Of a DNA stretch of 64,000 nucleotides, positions 1 to 36,625 are shown piece by piece. The position numbers and the translations under genes are program-made. Origin of the DNA: the human T2T-CHM13v2.0 reference genome, Homo sapiens; assembly GCF_009914755.1 (NCBI RefSeq), contig NC_060943.1; one strand, given 5' to 3'. The notes under the pieces are model-generated. The model searched no databases. It worked only from the letters and a program-made list of their open reading frames with translations, and was not told the origin of the DNA. Numbering within the stretch: the first letter of the stretch is position 1; the number at the start of each line of letters is the position of its first letter.

Positions 1-388
1 AGTTTCAGCAAGACTCACGTCTCCAACAACTGAGCTCCCCAGGTGAGCAATTCCTGTTCCTTTTGAGGGCTTACAGCTCTAAGGGAGTCTGCCTGAGAGG
101 GTCATGATCAGTTGAGCAAGCAGGGGGTACATGACTGGGGGCTACATGCACAGGTAGTCAGAACAGAACAGAACAGGACAGGGATTTTCACAATGCTTTT
201 CCATACAATGTCTGGAAACTATGGCTAACATAACTGGTTAGGTCAGGGGTCGATCTTTAACCAGGCCCAGGGCACGGCGCTGGGCTGTCTGCCTGTGGAT
301 TTCATTTCTGCCTTTTAGTTTTTACTTCTTCTTTCTTTGGAGGCAGAAATTGGGCATAAGACAATATGAGGGGTGGTCACCTCCTTTA
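1..388 (-). mobile_element. ERV1 LTR, LTR2 (HERV-E) type, cut by the window edge
   Basis: Reverse complement begins TAAAGGAGGTGACCACCCCTCATATTGTCTTATGCCCAATTTCTGCCTCCAAAGAAAGAAGAAG, matching my recollection of the LTR2 5' end. No polypurine tract precedes it, so it is a 5' or solo LTR. Confidence 0.8.
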
Positions 389-436
389 GTGTATGTATTT
401 TATTAATTTCTTAAAAAAAAAAAAAAACAGATTCTG

Positions 437-1292
<856 letters not shown>

Positions 1293-1640
1293 CTAGTACA
1301 TTGTCTTTTTGTTCTCATTGACTTCAAAGAACTTCTTGATTTCTGCCTTAATTTCATCATTTACCCAGAAGTCATTCAGAAGCAGGTTGTCCAATTTCCA
1401 TGTAGTTGTGTGGTTTTGAGTGAGTTTCTTAATCTTGAGTTTTAATTTGATTGTACTGTGGTCTGAGAGACAGTATGATATAATTGTAGTTCTTTCGCAT
1501 TTGCTGAAGAGTGTTTTACTTCCAATTATATGATCAATTTTAGAGTAAGTTCCATGTGGCACTGAGAAGAATGTATATTCTGTTGTTTTGGGGTGGAGAG
1601 TTCTGTAAATATCTATCAGTTTCACTTGGTCCGGAGCTGA

Positions 1641-1963
<323 letters not shown>

Positions 1964-2737
1964 CCCCTGAATATCTTTATTAATTTTCTTTCTCATTGAT
2001 CGGTCTAATATTGATAGTGGTGTGGTAATGTCTCCCAGTATTATTGTGTGGAAGTCTAAGTTTTTTTGTAGGTCTCCAAGAAATTGTTTTATGAATCTGG
2101 GTACTCCAGTATTGAGTGCATATATATTTAGGATAGTTAGGACTTCTTGTTGAATTGATTCCTTTACCATTATGTAATGCCCTTCTTTGCTTTTTTTGAT
2201 CTTTGTTGGTTTAAAGCCTGTTTTGTAGGAAACTAGGATTGCAATCACTGCTTTTTTTCTGCTTTCCATTTGCTTGGTAAATTTTTCTTCATCTTTTTTA
2301 TTTTGAGCATAAGTGTGTCTTTGCATGTGAAACGAGTCTAGGCCTTGTGGTGATGAATTCTCTCAGCATTTGCTTGTCTGAAAAGGATTTCATTACTCCT
2401 TTGCGTATGAGGCTTAGTTTGGCTGGATAAAAATTCTGGGTTGAAAATTATTTTATTCCAGAATGTTGAATATTGGCCCCCACTTTCTTCTGCTTGTAGC
2501 GTTTCTGCTGAGAGATCTGCTTTTAGTCTGATGGGCTTCCCTTTGTAAATGACCTGACCTTTCTCTCTGGCTGCCCTTAACATTTCTTTCTTCATTTCAA
2601 CCTTGGAGAATCTGACGATTATGTGTCTTGGGGTTGATCTTCTCATAAAGTATCTTACTGAGGTTCTCTGTATTTTCTGAATTTGAATGTTGGCCTGTCT
2701 TGCTAGGTTGGGGAATTTCTCCTGGATGACCTCCTGA

Positions 2738-3226
<489 letters not shown>

Positions 3227-4367
3227 TGATATTCTTTCTTCTGCTTGATTGCTTTGGCTACTGATACCTGTGTATGCTTCACAAATTTCTCATGCTGTGT
3301 TTTCAGCTCCATTAGGTTATTTATGTTTCTCTCTAAACTGGTTATTGTAGTTAGCAACTCCTGTAATCTTTTACCATGGTTCTTAGCTTCTTTGCATTGG
3401 GTTAGAACATGCTTCTTTACCTCCTTGAAGTTTGTTATTACCCACCTTCTGAAGCCTACTTCTGTCAATTCATCAATCTTTTTCTCTATTCAGATTTGTG
3501 CCCTTTCTGGAGAGGTGTTGTGATCATTTGGAGAAGAGGCACTTTGGCCTTTTGTGTGTTCAGCATTTTTTGGTTGATTCTTTCTCATCTTCATGAGTTT
3601 GTCTGGTTTTGATCTTTGAGGCTGCTGACCCTTGGATGAAGTTTTTGTCAGGACTTTTTTTGTTGATGTTGTTGCTGTTACCTTCTGTTTGTTTTTCTTT
3701 CAATAGTCAGGTTCCTCTTCTGTAAGGCTGCTGTGGCTTGTTGGGGGTTCACTTCAGGCCTATTTATCCAGGTCACTCCTGCATCTGGAGATGCCCACAG
3801 AGGAGGCTGGAGAACAGCAAAGATAGGTGCCTCCTCCTTCCTTTGGGATTTCTGATCTCGAGGGACAGTGACCTAATGTCTGTAGGAACACTCCTGTATA
3901 AAGTATCTGGAGATTCCTATTGGGGGTCTCACACAGTTGAGAGCATGGGAACCAGGAACCATTTAAGGAAGAATTTTGGCTGTCCCTTGGTGGAGGGGGT
4001 GTGCCGTGCTGGAGGGAAACCCATTTGTCTGGGCTGCCTGGATTCTGCAGAGCTAGCAAGAGGAAAGACTAAGTTTGCTGGTCATTGGAGGCTATGGCAA
4101 CTTTTCCCCCTAGGGGGTCAGAACCAGGAAGATCAGGGTTCTGTTCCTGAGCTCCTAGCTGGATTTGTTGGAGCTTCTGCAGGGAGGCCCCACTCAGTGA
4201 GAAGGGATGGATCAGGGTCTGGCCTAAAGAGGCAGTCTGGCCATTGTCTGCAAATTGGGACCAAGTTGTCTAGCCTCCCTGACTCCAACAGGGAAGTAGC
4301 ATGGCCTGGAGCTATAGTGATGGCTGCCACCCTCCCCTACACCCCAGGGGCTTAGTGCCTTTGGTAG

Positions 4368-6900
<2,533 letters not shown>

Positions 6901-6939
6901 GAATTCCAACAACCTGCGGCATGATAATGCAAATAGCTC

Positions 6940-8560
6940 ACGTGTACAGCACTCTCACTGTGCCAGCCCATGTTTAGAAGCATATTAGATATTTTTGCGC
7001 ATTAAATTATCATCAGAAATAACTCTTTCAGGTAAGTTTAATTATTCCCCATGTCGCAGACAAGGTGACTGAATGGAAAAATATTCAGGGACTTATCCAA
7101 GGTCACCCAGATAGGGAGTGGGTGAGCTAAGGTGTGCTCTGACCTCCTCTCTGCTTCCCTGGCACAGACAGTCCCATTGTTCATTGATTAAACAGCTCTC
7201 ATTGAGCACCTGCCATGGGCCGAGCACTGTGCCTGGTACTGGGAACATAGTGGTGAACTAGACACAACTCCCAGGAGCAAACACTAAAGAAGTAAACAAC
7301 AAACAGCAAGATTATTGCAGAGAATGACAAGTTGCTAAGACATGCTGCTGCTGTAAAAGATGGACGTGCATAGGGCTATTGGGGGTGGGTTCTAGTTGGA
7401 GGGAGGAGGGTGGAGCAAACCTCCCCAAGGAAGAGCTGAGCCCAGCCTGGAGGCTCCTGTCAGTGTGAGGATGTGGTTAGAGTCTGTCTCAGTTTCTTTC
7501 CATGCAGCCCCTAAAATCTTTGGAATGTCTGAAATGAGAAGTGTCTTTTCCATGTAGGCACTGATCCTCACATACATTAGAGAACAGAACTCTTGCTGTG
7601 CCCACGGCCAGGGAAAGGGGAACAATATCTCTCTACCTTGTGGATCCTAGAGCACCTTGTCCTGCCAGGACGCTCACCCTCACCCCCACAAGGTACAGAT
7701 GGCAACCAGGGTGCCGCATACCACCCACTGGCTCGCCCAAAGGATGCTGAGTCCTGTAGGGACCGTGGGCCTGAATAATGTTTCCTAGTCATAGAGTCTT
7801 TCTGATTTTCTCACTCACTAGCCCTGTGCCTCAGTTTCCCTCACTGTGGCACAAAATCAACATCCCATTCCGCAGGCTAGGTGACCCAGAGAGGTCACCA
7901 CAGCCCATTAAATGACTATAGCATGTGAAAGTGGGAAGTGAGAGTCCCTCCCTGCTCTGGGTCTTTTGCCCCAGGACAGATGTTTATCAGGCCAGCTGCC
8001 TGGGGAGGGCCACACCTCCTGACTTGGGAACATTGTTTCCAAATTGAGGTCACTACAGTTAAGGACTCCCAATGCATTGGGGTAGGCACAGGGGTGGGAT
8101 GGGGTAAAGCAACATCGCATTACAAGAGCCTTGGATCGACCCTGGAGAGCGAGAATCAAATTTAGACTCCTGTCTGAAGCTGACCACCCTGAATAATTAG
8201 GATTTGGGGATACGACAAGGCTCTTGGTTCAGGAAACAAGATCTTCTGGTTCTGGACTCTGTAGCTGTCCTGGGGACTTGTTTCCAACTATGTGCTTTAA
8301 TTGAACCTAAGGGGATGGGGCACTCGGAAGGAACTCTTAAGCCAAGGGTGAGAGGCCTGCCTTCTGCCTCCCAAACTCCCTCCCCAGTGGTGGACATTGG
8401 GCGGCAAAATTTCTTTACAAAGAAAAAAAAAATATCCAGAGACCAGGAAGGCTAATAAATGCTTACCAGGATTATCCAGCCTAATCATCACAACAGTCCT
8501 GCCATATTCGTCCTCTGGGACAGGTGAGGAAACTGAGGTTGGAGGAGGACACCGGGAGCC
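6940..8560. mobile_element. Ancient MIR and L2 fragments (MIR ~6950-7140, ~7820-7850, ~8480-8545; L2 3' end ~7175-7450)
   Basis: MIR cores gacttatccaaggtcacccag, gtgcctcagtttccctca and gtgaggaaactgagg; L2-like cattgagcacctgccatgggccgagcactgtgcctggtactggg. Confidence 0.7.
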
Positions 8561-9149
8561 TGGTCGGGCCACTGGAAGCCTGGAGCCCCAGAGTTCCCGG
8601 CATTCACCGCCCTCCAACCCCCTCTCTCCCTCCCGGCCCCGGGAAGCTTCATTCCCAGCTCATTCACTTGTCAATCACTCAGACTCGCTGGGCCTCCAGC
8701 CCTCCCTGAAGCCCTCGCACTCATCAGGTGACGGCCTCCCTCTGTGTGGCTGCCAGGCTGGGGATGGGGGTGTCTGTGCTTCCCTTGCCCAAGCCGAGAG
8801 TGGCCTGTTCCCAGGGGGCAGGCTTCCTCCTTGGTTGGCAGCCAGGAGTCTGGAGCGCAGGTGCCGGGCAGGCAGCACTGGGAGCGCTCGGCGACTTAGC
8901 TGGAGGCCTAAGGAGCCACCCCTCACGGACCAGAGCGCCTTTGCAAGGTGGGCTCGCCGCACACTCTGCTCCTCTTCTGTGGCCCCGGGGCCCCTCCTAG
9001 AACACCCTCCTCATCTCGGGGGACCTTGACCGCCAGCAGCCCCACACCTGCTACCTCTGCCTGGCGTTGGGTGCGCACCTCTAGGGACAGATGGATCCCT
9101 TAGCCCAGCGGGCTTGACAGCAGGGTGGGGGCAGTGGGGGCTCCAGAGA

Positions 9150-9900
9150 GTGTCACCGCCTTATGCTGGCCACCGCCGGGCAGGGGCTGGGCTCAGCTGA
9201 CACCCTACATCCGCCCTCCAGATTCCAGTGTCTGACTTCGGCGAATCTGGACCGGACGCGTGGTCTGGGGCCTGGACTGTGGACGCCCATGGGCCGGGCT
9301 CCCCGCGGGGACCTCGCACTTGGGTGGGGACCCTGCGGCTCCAGGCGCCACACACATCAGTGCGCCCGCTCTGGCTGTGAATTTCGGGGAGGGGCGGCAG
9401 CAGAGCACGTGGGCTGGCTGGGTGGGGACGATCACCCGCCAGCGCCTTTTCCCACCCGGGCGCCCTTTCCAGTCCCCGCGTCGCCTGCAGGGCCGCCCCT
9501 CCTCCGCCCGCTGGTTCCTCCCCACTCGCCGCTCTCCAGCCCCGCGCGGCTCTGTGGCCCGGGCTCCAAGGCGGGGGCCGCCCACGACGGCCACCGGCAG
9601 GGACAGCGGGGGCAAATTTCCCAGAGCGGTAAGCCGGCCCCAGCCAGCCCCACGGCAGGGATGGCTTCGAATCCGAGCCCCCGACACCCCGGCCCCGTCC
9701 GCCCAGCCCGCACCCTGCGTGGCTCGCTGCCCGCCCGTCCCGCACCCGCTCGGTCACTCGGGCTGGGGCCCCCTGCAGGGTGGGCGCGACCCAGCGCCGC
9801 CGCACGGAGCCTGAACCCAAACCCCAAACCCGGACCGCAGGATCCCCGCCCTCTAGGAACCAGGACGGGCCCTCCTAGCGGGTATTTGGGGACCTGGGTG
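9150..9900. promoter_or_regulatory. CpG island with GC boxes, not attached to a recognisable gene
   Basis: Very high GC and dense CpG, with several GGGCGG/CCGCCC boxes (e.g. ~9392, ~9504, ~9577), in otherwise CpG-poor surroundings. Confidence 0.85.
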
Positions 9901-10139
9901 TGTATCTGTGGAAACAATTGGTCAAAAGTGGCTTTTTGTTTTCCCAAAGGTAAAGGCTCCTTTGTAATTATGTATTTTCTTCTTATTTACTTAAAACTGA
10001 TAGAATCTCATCATTTAGATGAATCCATAATTGTGTCAGTGAATTTGAGTACACTTTTTAAAGTTTTTCTCAGTTTAATTAGTCCTTTTTTTTGTTTCTA
10101 GTTTAAGAAGAATTTTAAATTCTACCTAAAATTAGTAAA

Positions 10140-10742
<603 letters not shown>

Positions 10743-11280
10743 GGGGTATTTCCAGGTCTGTCTCTCCTAAGCTTGCCCAAGAGAAACTTGACACCAAGGT
10801 TGTATAATTTTAATCTGTTTTTGCCAAATTTTTGTCTATTTCATAACTTACAATAACAGGTAATTTAACCAAAACCCTTATGGTTTTCTAGCACAATTAT
10901 ATTATAAGCTACATATGTATTCTTAGCAAGGTAAAAGCAATAGAAATGATGATGATAAAATAACAACTTTTCTGTGCATGAATAGCCCTTCAGCTGGTGA
11001 CATCACACAGCCCACTGTTGAGGTTCCGAGTCCTACACCCACATGCAATCAAAAGATGGAAAATCGACTTGCACACATGGATCTGGTTTACAGGCTGGTT
11101 GTTGACTCTCACACCGTGATTCAGCAAACCTGTAAGGCTGTGACTTTACTAAGAAGACAAAGTTTGCAGGAGGAATAGAGGCTTTGATGCAGTCCACTGC
11201 TGAGATTGTGACTTATGTACTTAGACTCAACATTCAGGAGGTGTTGACTCTTATACCTAGAACTGGGACATGTGTGAAAT

Positions 11281-24991
<13,711 letters not shown>

Positions 24992-27900
24992 TCACATGTG
25001 GATGCAGTCCACAGTTGAAATTGTGACTGTTATATTTGGATCTGGCCACAGGTAAAATGGTGACTCACTTCTGTATCCAACTCACAGGCATAGTGAGAAC
25101 TCTCACACCTGGATCTAGCCAATAAGAGAGATGTTAGCTCTCATTCCTGGGCTTAGGACAATGGGTAAGATTATGAGTTTATACCAGCACATAGATCCAA
25201 GAGTGGGTTGTGGCTCTCAGGCATACCGTATAAAGCCCTCAGGTGTCACCAAGAGTGTGGTAACAGGGCCCAGTGCACAGGTGAGATAGTGACTCTGGTA
25301 TGCACGCCCAGTTCACAGTAAGAATTTTCACCTTCTTAAATAGCCACAGTCCACTGTTGAGGTTCTGAATCTCAAACTCAAAGGAGCTGAAAGTTAGAAT
25401 TGTGACTCTCATATGAGGATCAGGTCCACAGACGAGATAGTGAATCTTGGACCAACATTCAACACACCGGTGAGGCTGTGACTCTTCTACCAGGACACAG
25501 TCTAAGAATTGAGGCTGTCATGCACAAATCCAGTCTACTATTGAGATTCTGACTCGCATACTTAGACCAAACACTCAGAAGATCTTGACTATGATCTCTA
25601 GAGCTGGAAGTGTTTGGGATTGTTTATCTCATCCCTGAATCTTTCTGCAGGTGTGATTGTGGCATATGTCTTTGCCCATACCCTGAGTGATTTTAGTTTC
25701 CTGCCTGAGCCCAGCCCATAGATGGAATTGTGACATATACCAAGGCCAAGCACCAAGGTAATATGACTCTTCTCATCTGCCTGAACCTGTCACTTAGAAG
25801 TAATTGTGACATATTTCTGAATCCAGCACGTGGGTGATGTGACTCTCCTCTTGTGCCTAGGCCTTGCCTACAAGAAAGATTGTGTCATATCACTGAGCCC
25901 AGCACCTATGTGATGTACTTCTTCTGCCATAGTTCTCCCCACATAAGACACTGTGACATATTTCTGGGCCAATTACATAAGTTAAATGAGTCTTTGCTTA
26001 TGCCTGGATCTCACCCTCAGAAGAACTTATGACATGTTGCTGGACCCAGCACCTAGGTAATTTGAGTCTTCTCTGCTGCCTGGCCCCTGCCAACAGAAGG
26101 GATTTTAAACTATTGCTTAAACTAGCACATAAATTTTGTGACTCACTTCTTTTGCTAAGCCCTGCTAACCGTGGGAATTACAACATATTGCTGAAACCAG
26201 GATAATGCAACAATCCTCTCTTGCCTGGGCCTTGCCCACAGTGGGCATTGTTACATATTACTGGGCCCATCTTCTAAGTAATGTGACTGTCCTCTTCTGC
26301 TTGGGACCTGCAACATGAAAGACTGTGGAATATCGCTAGGCCCAGAACCCAGTTGGTGTGACTCTCTTCTTTCTTGATCCTGCTCATAGTGCAGATTGAG
26401 ATATTCCTGTCCTAGCATCCAAGTGATGTGACTCTTCTTCCTGGTTCCTAGCTACAGGTGGGATTGTGACATATGCCTGGGACGTGGTCACTGGTACAAT
26501 GATGACACCCACAAACTTCAACCCACAAACCAGGAGAAATATTGATTCTGTCTGCTAGGCTTTGGGCAACAGGTAAAGTCTTCGTCTGTTACTTGCATGA
26601 AAGGTCAGAGAAAATTACAATACTCATGCAAATTGTATAAAGCTTTCAGCTGGTGCAGAGAGTGTCATAACAAAGCCCAGCACACAGGTGAAATTTTGAC
26701 TCTCAAATGCACACCCAGCCAATAGTTAGAATTTTTACCCACACACATGTTTTTAGCCTACAGTTAAGGTCCCAAATCTCACATGTAAATGCTGTTCACA
26801 GTTGGAATTGTGACTGGTATATGTGGATCTAGCCACAGGTAGGATGGTAATTAACTTCTGAACCCAACTGACAGGTGTAATGATGACTCTAATACCTGGA
26901 TGCAGCAAATTAGAGAGAGGTTGACTCTAATACCTGTGCTTAGGGCAAGGGTACAATCATGGGTCATAACAGCACAAGAGTCTCAGAGCAGATTGTGACT
27001 CTCAGGAATATTATACAAAGCCTTTGAGTGGTACATGGAATGTCATAGCAGTACCAATCACGGAGGTGACATTGTGATTCTTATATGCACACCCACCCAA
27101 ATGTAAAAGTTGTCACCCTCCCACAGGGACACTGATCACCTTGAGGTTCTGAATCTGACACTAAGAGGCAATCGAAAGTTAAAATTGTGACTCTCATATG
27201 TGGATCCCATCCACAGGTGGGGTAGTGACTCTTGAGAAAGAATTCAACATGCCGGTGAGCCTGTGACTTTCATACCAGGACACCGTCCTTGGGTGGGATT
27301 GGGACTCTCATTCACAGATCCGATATATCATTGAAATGGTGAGTCCTGTACTTGCACATAACTCACAGGAGATGTTGACTCTCATAACTAAAGCTGAGAC
27401 ATGTGCAGAATTATAAATCTAACCACAGAAGCTTCATGAATGTGTGATTTTTACAGACCTATTTGCCTAGCATTTGAGTAATTCCACTCGTCTGTGTAGG
27501 CCAAGCCCTTAGATGGTGTTGTGACATGAATTGAGTCAAGAATCTAGGTGATGTAACTTTCTTTCCTGGGTGCTGCCCTCAAAGGAGATTTTGACATATT
27601 GCTGGGCCCAGCACATTAGTGATGTGATTCTTTTCTCCTGCCTGGTTCCTACACACTGGGAGCATTGTGGCATATCACTGAGCCCAACACCTAGGTGATA
27701 TGACTCTCCTCCCATGTCTGGGCCCTGCCCACATTAGGGATGGTGACATATCACTGGGCCCAGCACCCAGGTGAAGTGAATATCCTCTCCTGTTTGGCTT
27801 CTGCATACAGGGGCATGGTGACATACTGCAGTGCCCAACATTATGATAATGTGATTTTACTGCATGGGCAGTGTTCACAGGATGGTATTGTGACATGTAA

Positions 27901-28774
27901 GTGGACCCAGCACCTAGATAATGTGACTCTCCTCTCCTGCCCAGGCCCTGCTTATAGAGCAAATTACGACATATTGCTGAGTCTAGCACCTGGGTGATGT
28001 GACTCTCCTGCCTTAGCCTTGCTCACAGGGGACATTTTGACATATCTTTGGGTTCATCACCTAGATGATGTGACTCTCTTCTTCTGCCTGTGCTTTACCC
28101 ACAGGAAAGCTTGGATCATATCACTGGGCTGAGCATCCAGGTAATCTGATTCTGTTTTTGAGCCTTGCCCACTGGGGGCATTGTGACATTTCACTAGGCC
28201 CAGCATTTAGGTGATGTGACTCTCTTGCCTGGGTCCTGCCCATAGGGGAACTGTGACATATTTCTGGTCCAGTGCCCAGGGGATGTGATGCTCTAGCCTG
28301 GTCTCTGCTCCCAGGTGGAATTGTGACATATACCTATGCCCGGCTAACAGGGATGAAGATGACTCTTGTACCTGGACTCAGCTAATAGGAGAGATTGTAA
28401 CTTTCATAGCCAACATTAGGGCAACCAGTAATGTCCTGGGTTTCCTAATTGTATGAATATCAAAAAGGATTACATCACTTACTCATATTACATAAAGCAG
28501 TCAAGTGTACAGAGAGTATTATAACAGGGCTCAGCACAGAGGTGAGATTGTGACTTTCATATGCACACCCAGGCAACAGTTATAACTGTCACTCTCTCAC
28601 ATGGACACAGCCCACTGGTAAAATCCTGAATCTGACTCATGAACACAGTTCACAGTTGGAATTGTGACTATCATATGTGGATACAGCCACCAGTCAAATG
28701 CGGACTCGTGTATGAACTCAGCTCACAGGAATGGTGATAACTGTCATACCTGGATCCAACCAATAAGGGTTCAT

Positions 28775-31708
<2,934 letters not shown>

Positions 31709-32090
31709 TGTTAAATTAATTATATTCTAATGCTGCCACTTTCATGTTTAATTTTTTTGATAGGTTTTTTTTCATACTAAACTGAAACCTAACTTGATAA
31801 ATAAATAGACTGTACCCATTCTTGTACCAGCCACATTGTATTGGCAAATATAAGAATGTCAACTGTTCAAATCACGTTCAAATAAGGCAAATTCTAAGCT
31901 GTAATCAATATGGCTCTTTCTGTACATCCTTGAATTTTCTGTATGCCACTTTGCTTTTTCCACCATGTAGCTATGCTGGAGTATCTCTGAGCCTACTCTG
32001 GATCCACAGGGTATCTGATTTGCAAATCATTTTTTGCTCAGTTTAAGCCTGTTAAATTTAATTTCTCTAAAGTTTTTTTTTTCTTTTACA
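31709..32090 (+). mobile_element. MER57-type 3' LTR
   Basis: TGTTAAATTAA...TTTTACA termini, preceded by purine-rich aaaagggagaaa; contains caactgttcaaa...gttcaaataaggcaaa typical of MER57. Confidence 0.75.
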
Positions 32091-32208
32091 AGTTTTGAAA
32101 TTATGTCTATGATGAAAAATAAATAATATTCTTGGGCTTTGACTTTTTAAGCTTATCTCTCAGCTTTTCTTTCAAATTATCCTATGTCTGTTCAAAATGC
32201 TCCTGCAA

Positions 32209-33981
<1,773 letters not shown>

Positions 33982-34199
33982 TTAAAGAACTGAAGCCAGG
34001 AAGGTCATAAAAGCCGAAATTTTAAAATAGCTGTTATTATATTCTTTTCCTTTGTGAATAGCCATATTCAAACAAAGTTAATGGCAAATCCCCTCTGAGG
34101 TGGGCCTGGCTCATTTCAGGGAGGAAGCCCTGCCTGAAAACGCCACAGCTTAGGCTGTCACTCTTTCTTCATTGAACCCAGCATCTGATCACATCTTCT

Positions 34200-34780
34200 G
34201 TCACTCCAGGCCTGAATGGGCGGGGCCTTAAACGGCATCCATTCAGGGATGCTTGACTAAGAGCCGTCCAATCAGACCCGCAGCTAGAGCGGACAGGGCG
34301 GCTTCCGGGATTTGGCGCGGCCTTTTGAGTTCCTGGTCTCTGTGGCCTCCTGACCTACATGCATTGGGAGATCCACAGCTAAGACGCCAGGACTCCCTGG
34401 AAGCCTAGAAATGGTGAGAGTACCGGGTCCGACATCCCGAGAGAGGGGAAGGGCTGGTTGGAACCGGTGGGAAGTGGCTGTGGCGGGACTCAGGCCTCCC
34501 TGCTGTCAGCCCCACAATCTGCGCTCGGAGTTCTAGCCTGGCCCGGCCTCAGACACCTTCAGCGATAAGATGGCGGCTGTACTGACAGCCGGGCCCGAGC
34601 GTCTTGTCTCTTCCCTGGCAGTGACCGTGCCCTGGCCTGGAGCCCTCTCTGGGCAGCTCTGCACCCGCAGCGCCGAGTCTCTCCCAGATTGTGCAGGGAC
34701 CAGGGGAGGGTCGTCAGGGGAGAATCCTGACTCGGGTGAGGAGTTCCTGAATGGGAGCAGCTTTGGTCCGTGGGGTTCCT
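34200..34780 (+). promoter_or_regulatory. ZNF723: CpG-rich TATA-less promoter and first exon of the KRAB-ZNF gene
   Basis: GC box 34218-34225, CCAAT 34268-34272, ETS CTTCCGG 34302-34308, E2F-like TTTGGCGC 34311-34318, family-typical leader gggagatccacagctaagacgccagga...gaagcctagaaATG|gtgag, and YY1 motif AAGATGGCGGC 34567-34577. Confidence 0.88.
34411..34413 (+). CDS. ZNF723: Coding exon 1 (initiator ATG only)
   Basis: gaaATG|gtgaga donor, the standard ZNF91-family layout; phase 0 fits exon 2. Confidence 0.88.
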
Positions 34781-35631
34781 AGTTCATCTTTTCTCTGAAA
34801 TATTTATGGGAGTCATCGCAAAAATATTAAAGAATTTAAAGAGTTGTTCAAAAATTATAGAGCACCCCTATGGGTTGTAGTTTGTGGTCCATTAGAGGGG
34901 CTTGAAGAAAAGACTTTTATAAGATGCATGATGAAAAAACCCAAATTCTGTAATCAGGCACAGTTACGTAGTTTCCTAATTTCCACCTTGAGCCTACAAA
35001 TTTCCTGATTATGTAATCAGAGCTTAATTAGCTGTTTATATTTGGTTAAGACTGAATTTCGTTTCCTCTAATGTAGTAATTTTTTAAAAATAAATAAATG
35101 CATTTGAGTTAGATTTTTTTTTTAAGTAGGAATCCAGAGAGTAGATTTCCACCTCAGCCTAATTCCATATCACTTAACTATTTTCTTTTTTTTCTTTTTT
35201 TGAGACGGAATTTCACTCTTTCGCCTAGACTGGAGTACCGTGGCGCAATCTCGGCTCACTGCAGTCTCCGCCTTCCTGTTTCAAGCGATTCTCCTGTCTC
35301 AGCTTCTTGAGTAGCTGGGATTACAGGCGCCTGCCACCACGGCCGGCTAATTTTTGTATTTTTGGTAGAGACGGGGTTTCACCATGTTGGCCAGGATGGT
35401 TTCAAACTCCTGACCTCGTGATCCGCCCGCCTCGGCCTCCCAAAGTGCTGGGAGTACAGGCGTGAGCCACCGCTTCTGGCTATGCCCTGCATTTTTCACA
35501 TGTTTTTCAAGAAGGGTCTCAAATGTACCCCCCAATCCTCCTTTACTCTAGCCTAACTGTGGCTTAAAGTAAAATACTAAATTTCCAGCTCCTTCTGACA
35601 ATTCCAAACGCTAACTTTTCCTCCGTAATAA

Positions 35632-35895
<264 letters not shown>

Positions 35896-36625
35896 TAAAG
35901 TGCTGGGATTACAGGCGTGAGACACCGCGCCCGGCCGCTATTTGTTTTTTAGCGTACTTTTTTTTTTTTTTTTTTTTTTCCGAGTCTCCTTCTGTTGCTC
36001 AGGCTGGAGTACTGTGGCTCACCGCAACCTCCGCCTCCCAGGCTCAAGTGATTTTCCTGCCTCAGCCTCCTAGGTAGCTGGGATTAGAAGCATACACCAC
36101 CACGCCCGGCTAATTTTTGTATTTTTAGTGGAGACGGGGTTTCACCATGTTGGCCAGGCTGGTATCGAACACCTGACTTCAGGTGATCTGCCCGCCTTAG
36201 CCTCCCAAAGTGCTGGGATTGCAGGCATGAGCCACTGCGCCCAGCCTGGTGTACATTCTTGATAATGTATTTTAATTAATCTTTTTTTTTTTACAGCGCA
36301 TTGGATGGAACATTTAAAGAGATTCGTTTTCTATTTTTAAGTCTTTTCCTTTAGAAGAAAGCAAAGAATAATCCCCTTGCAATGTACTGTAAATAAATCT
36401 TTGTGTGTCTTTCTCTTTATCTTCCCTAGGCACAGAGATCTTATGAGAACGTTTTGGGGTAATTTTTTTTTTTTGGAAACTTTATGGGGTTTTGTGTCCG
36501 CAGTCACCATTTAGTGTTTTTCTCCTTCTGGATTTTAGTACTCTCTGTGAATAAACGAAGATACTGTGTCTATGTCTGCTACAGTGTCTAGGTAATATCC
36601 GCTCCTGGGTCGTTTTCTGCCATAG

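Noticed and set aside
8297-8617. Protein-like stretch PEDEYGRTVVMIRLDNPG
   Set aside because: It is the reverse strand of a MIR fragment (gtgaggaaactgagg core).
9812-9832. Telomere-like aacccaaaccccaaaccc
   Set aside because: Only about three imperfect units, not CCCTAA; chance in C-rich DNA.
9153-10101. Overlapping long ORFs (160-312 aa) on both strands
   Set aside because: Low-complexity Pro/Gly/Arg/Ala products in several frames, as expected from stop-poor GC-rich DNA. No recognisable domain.
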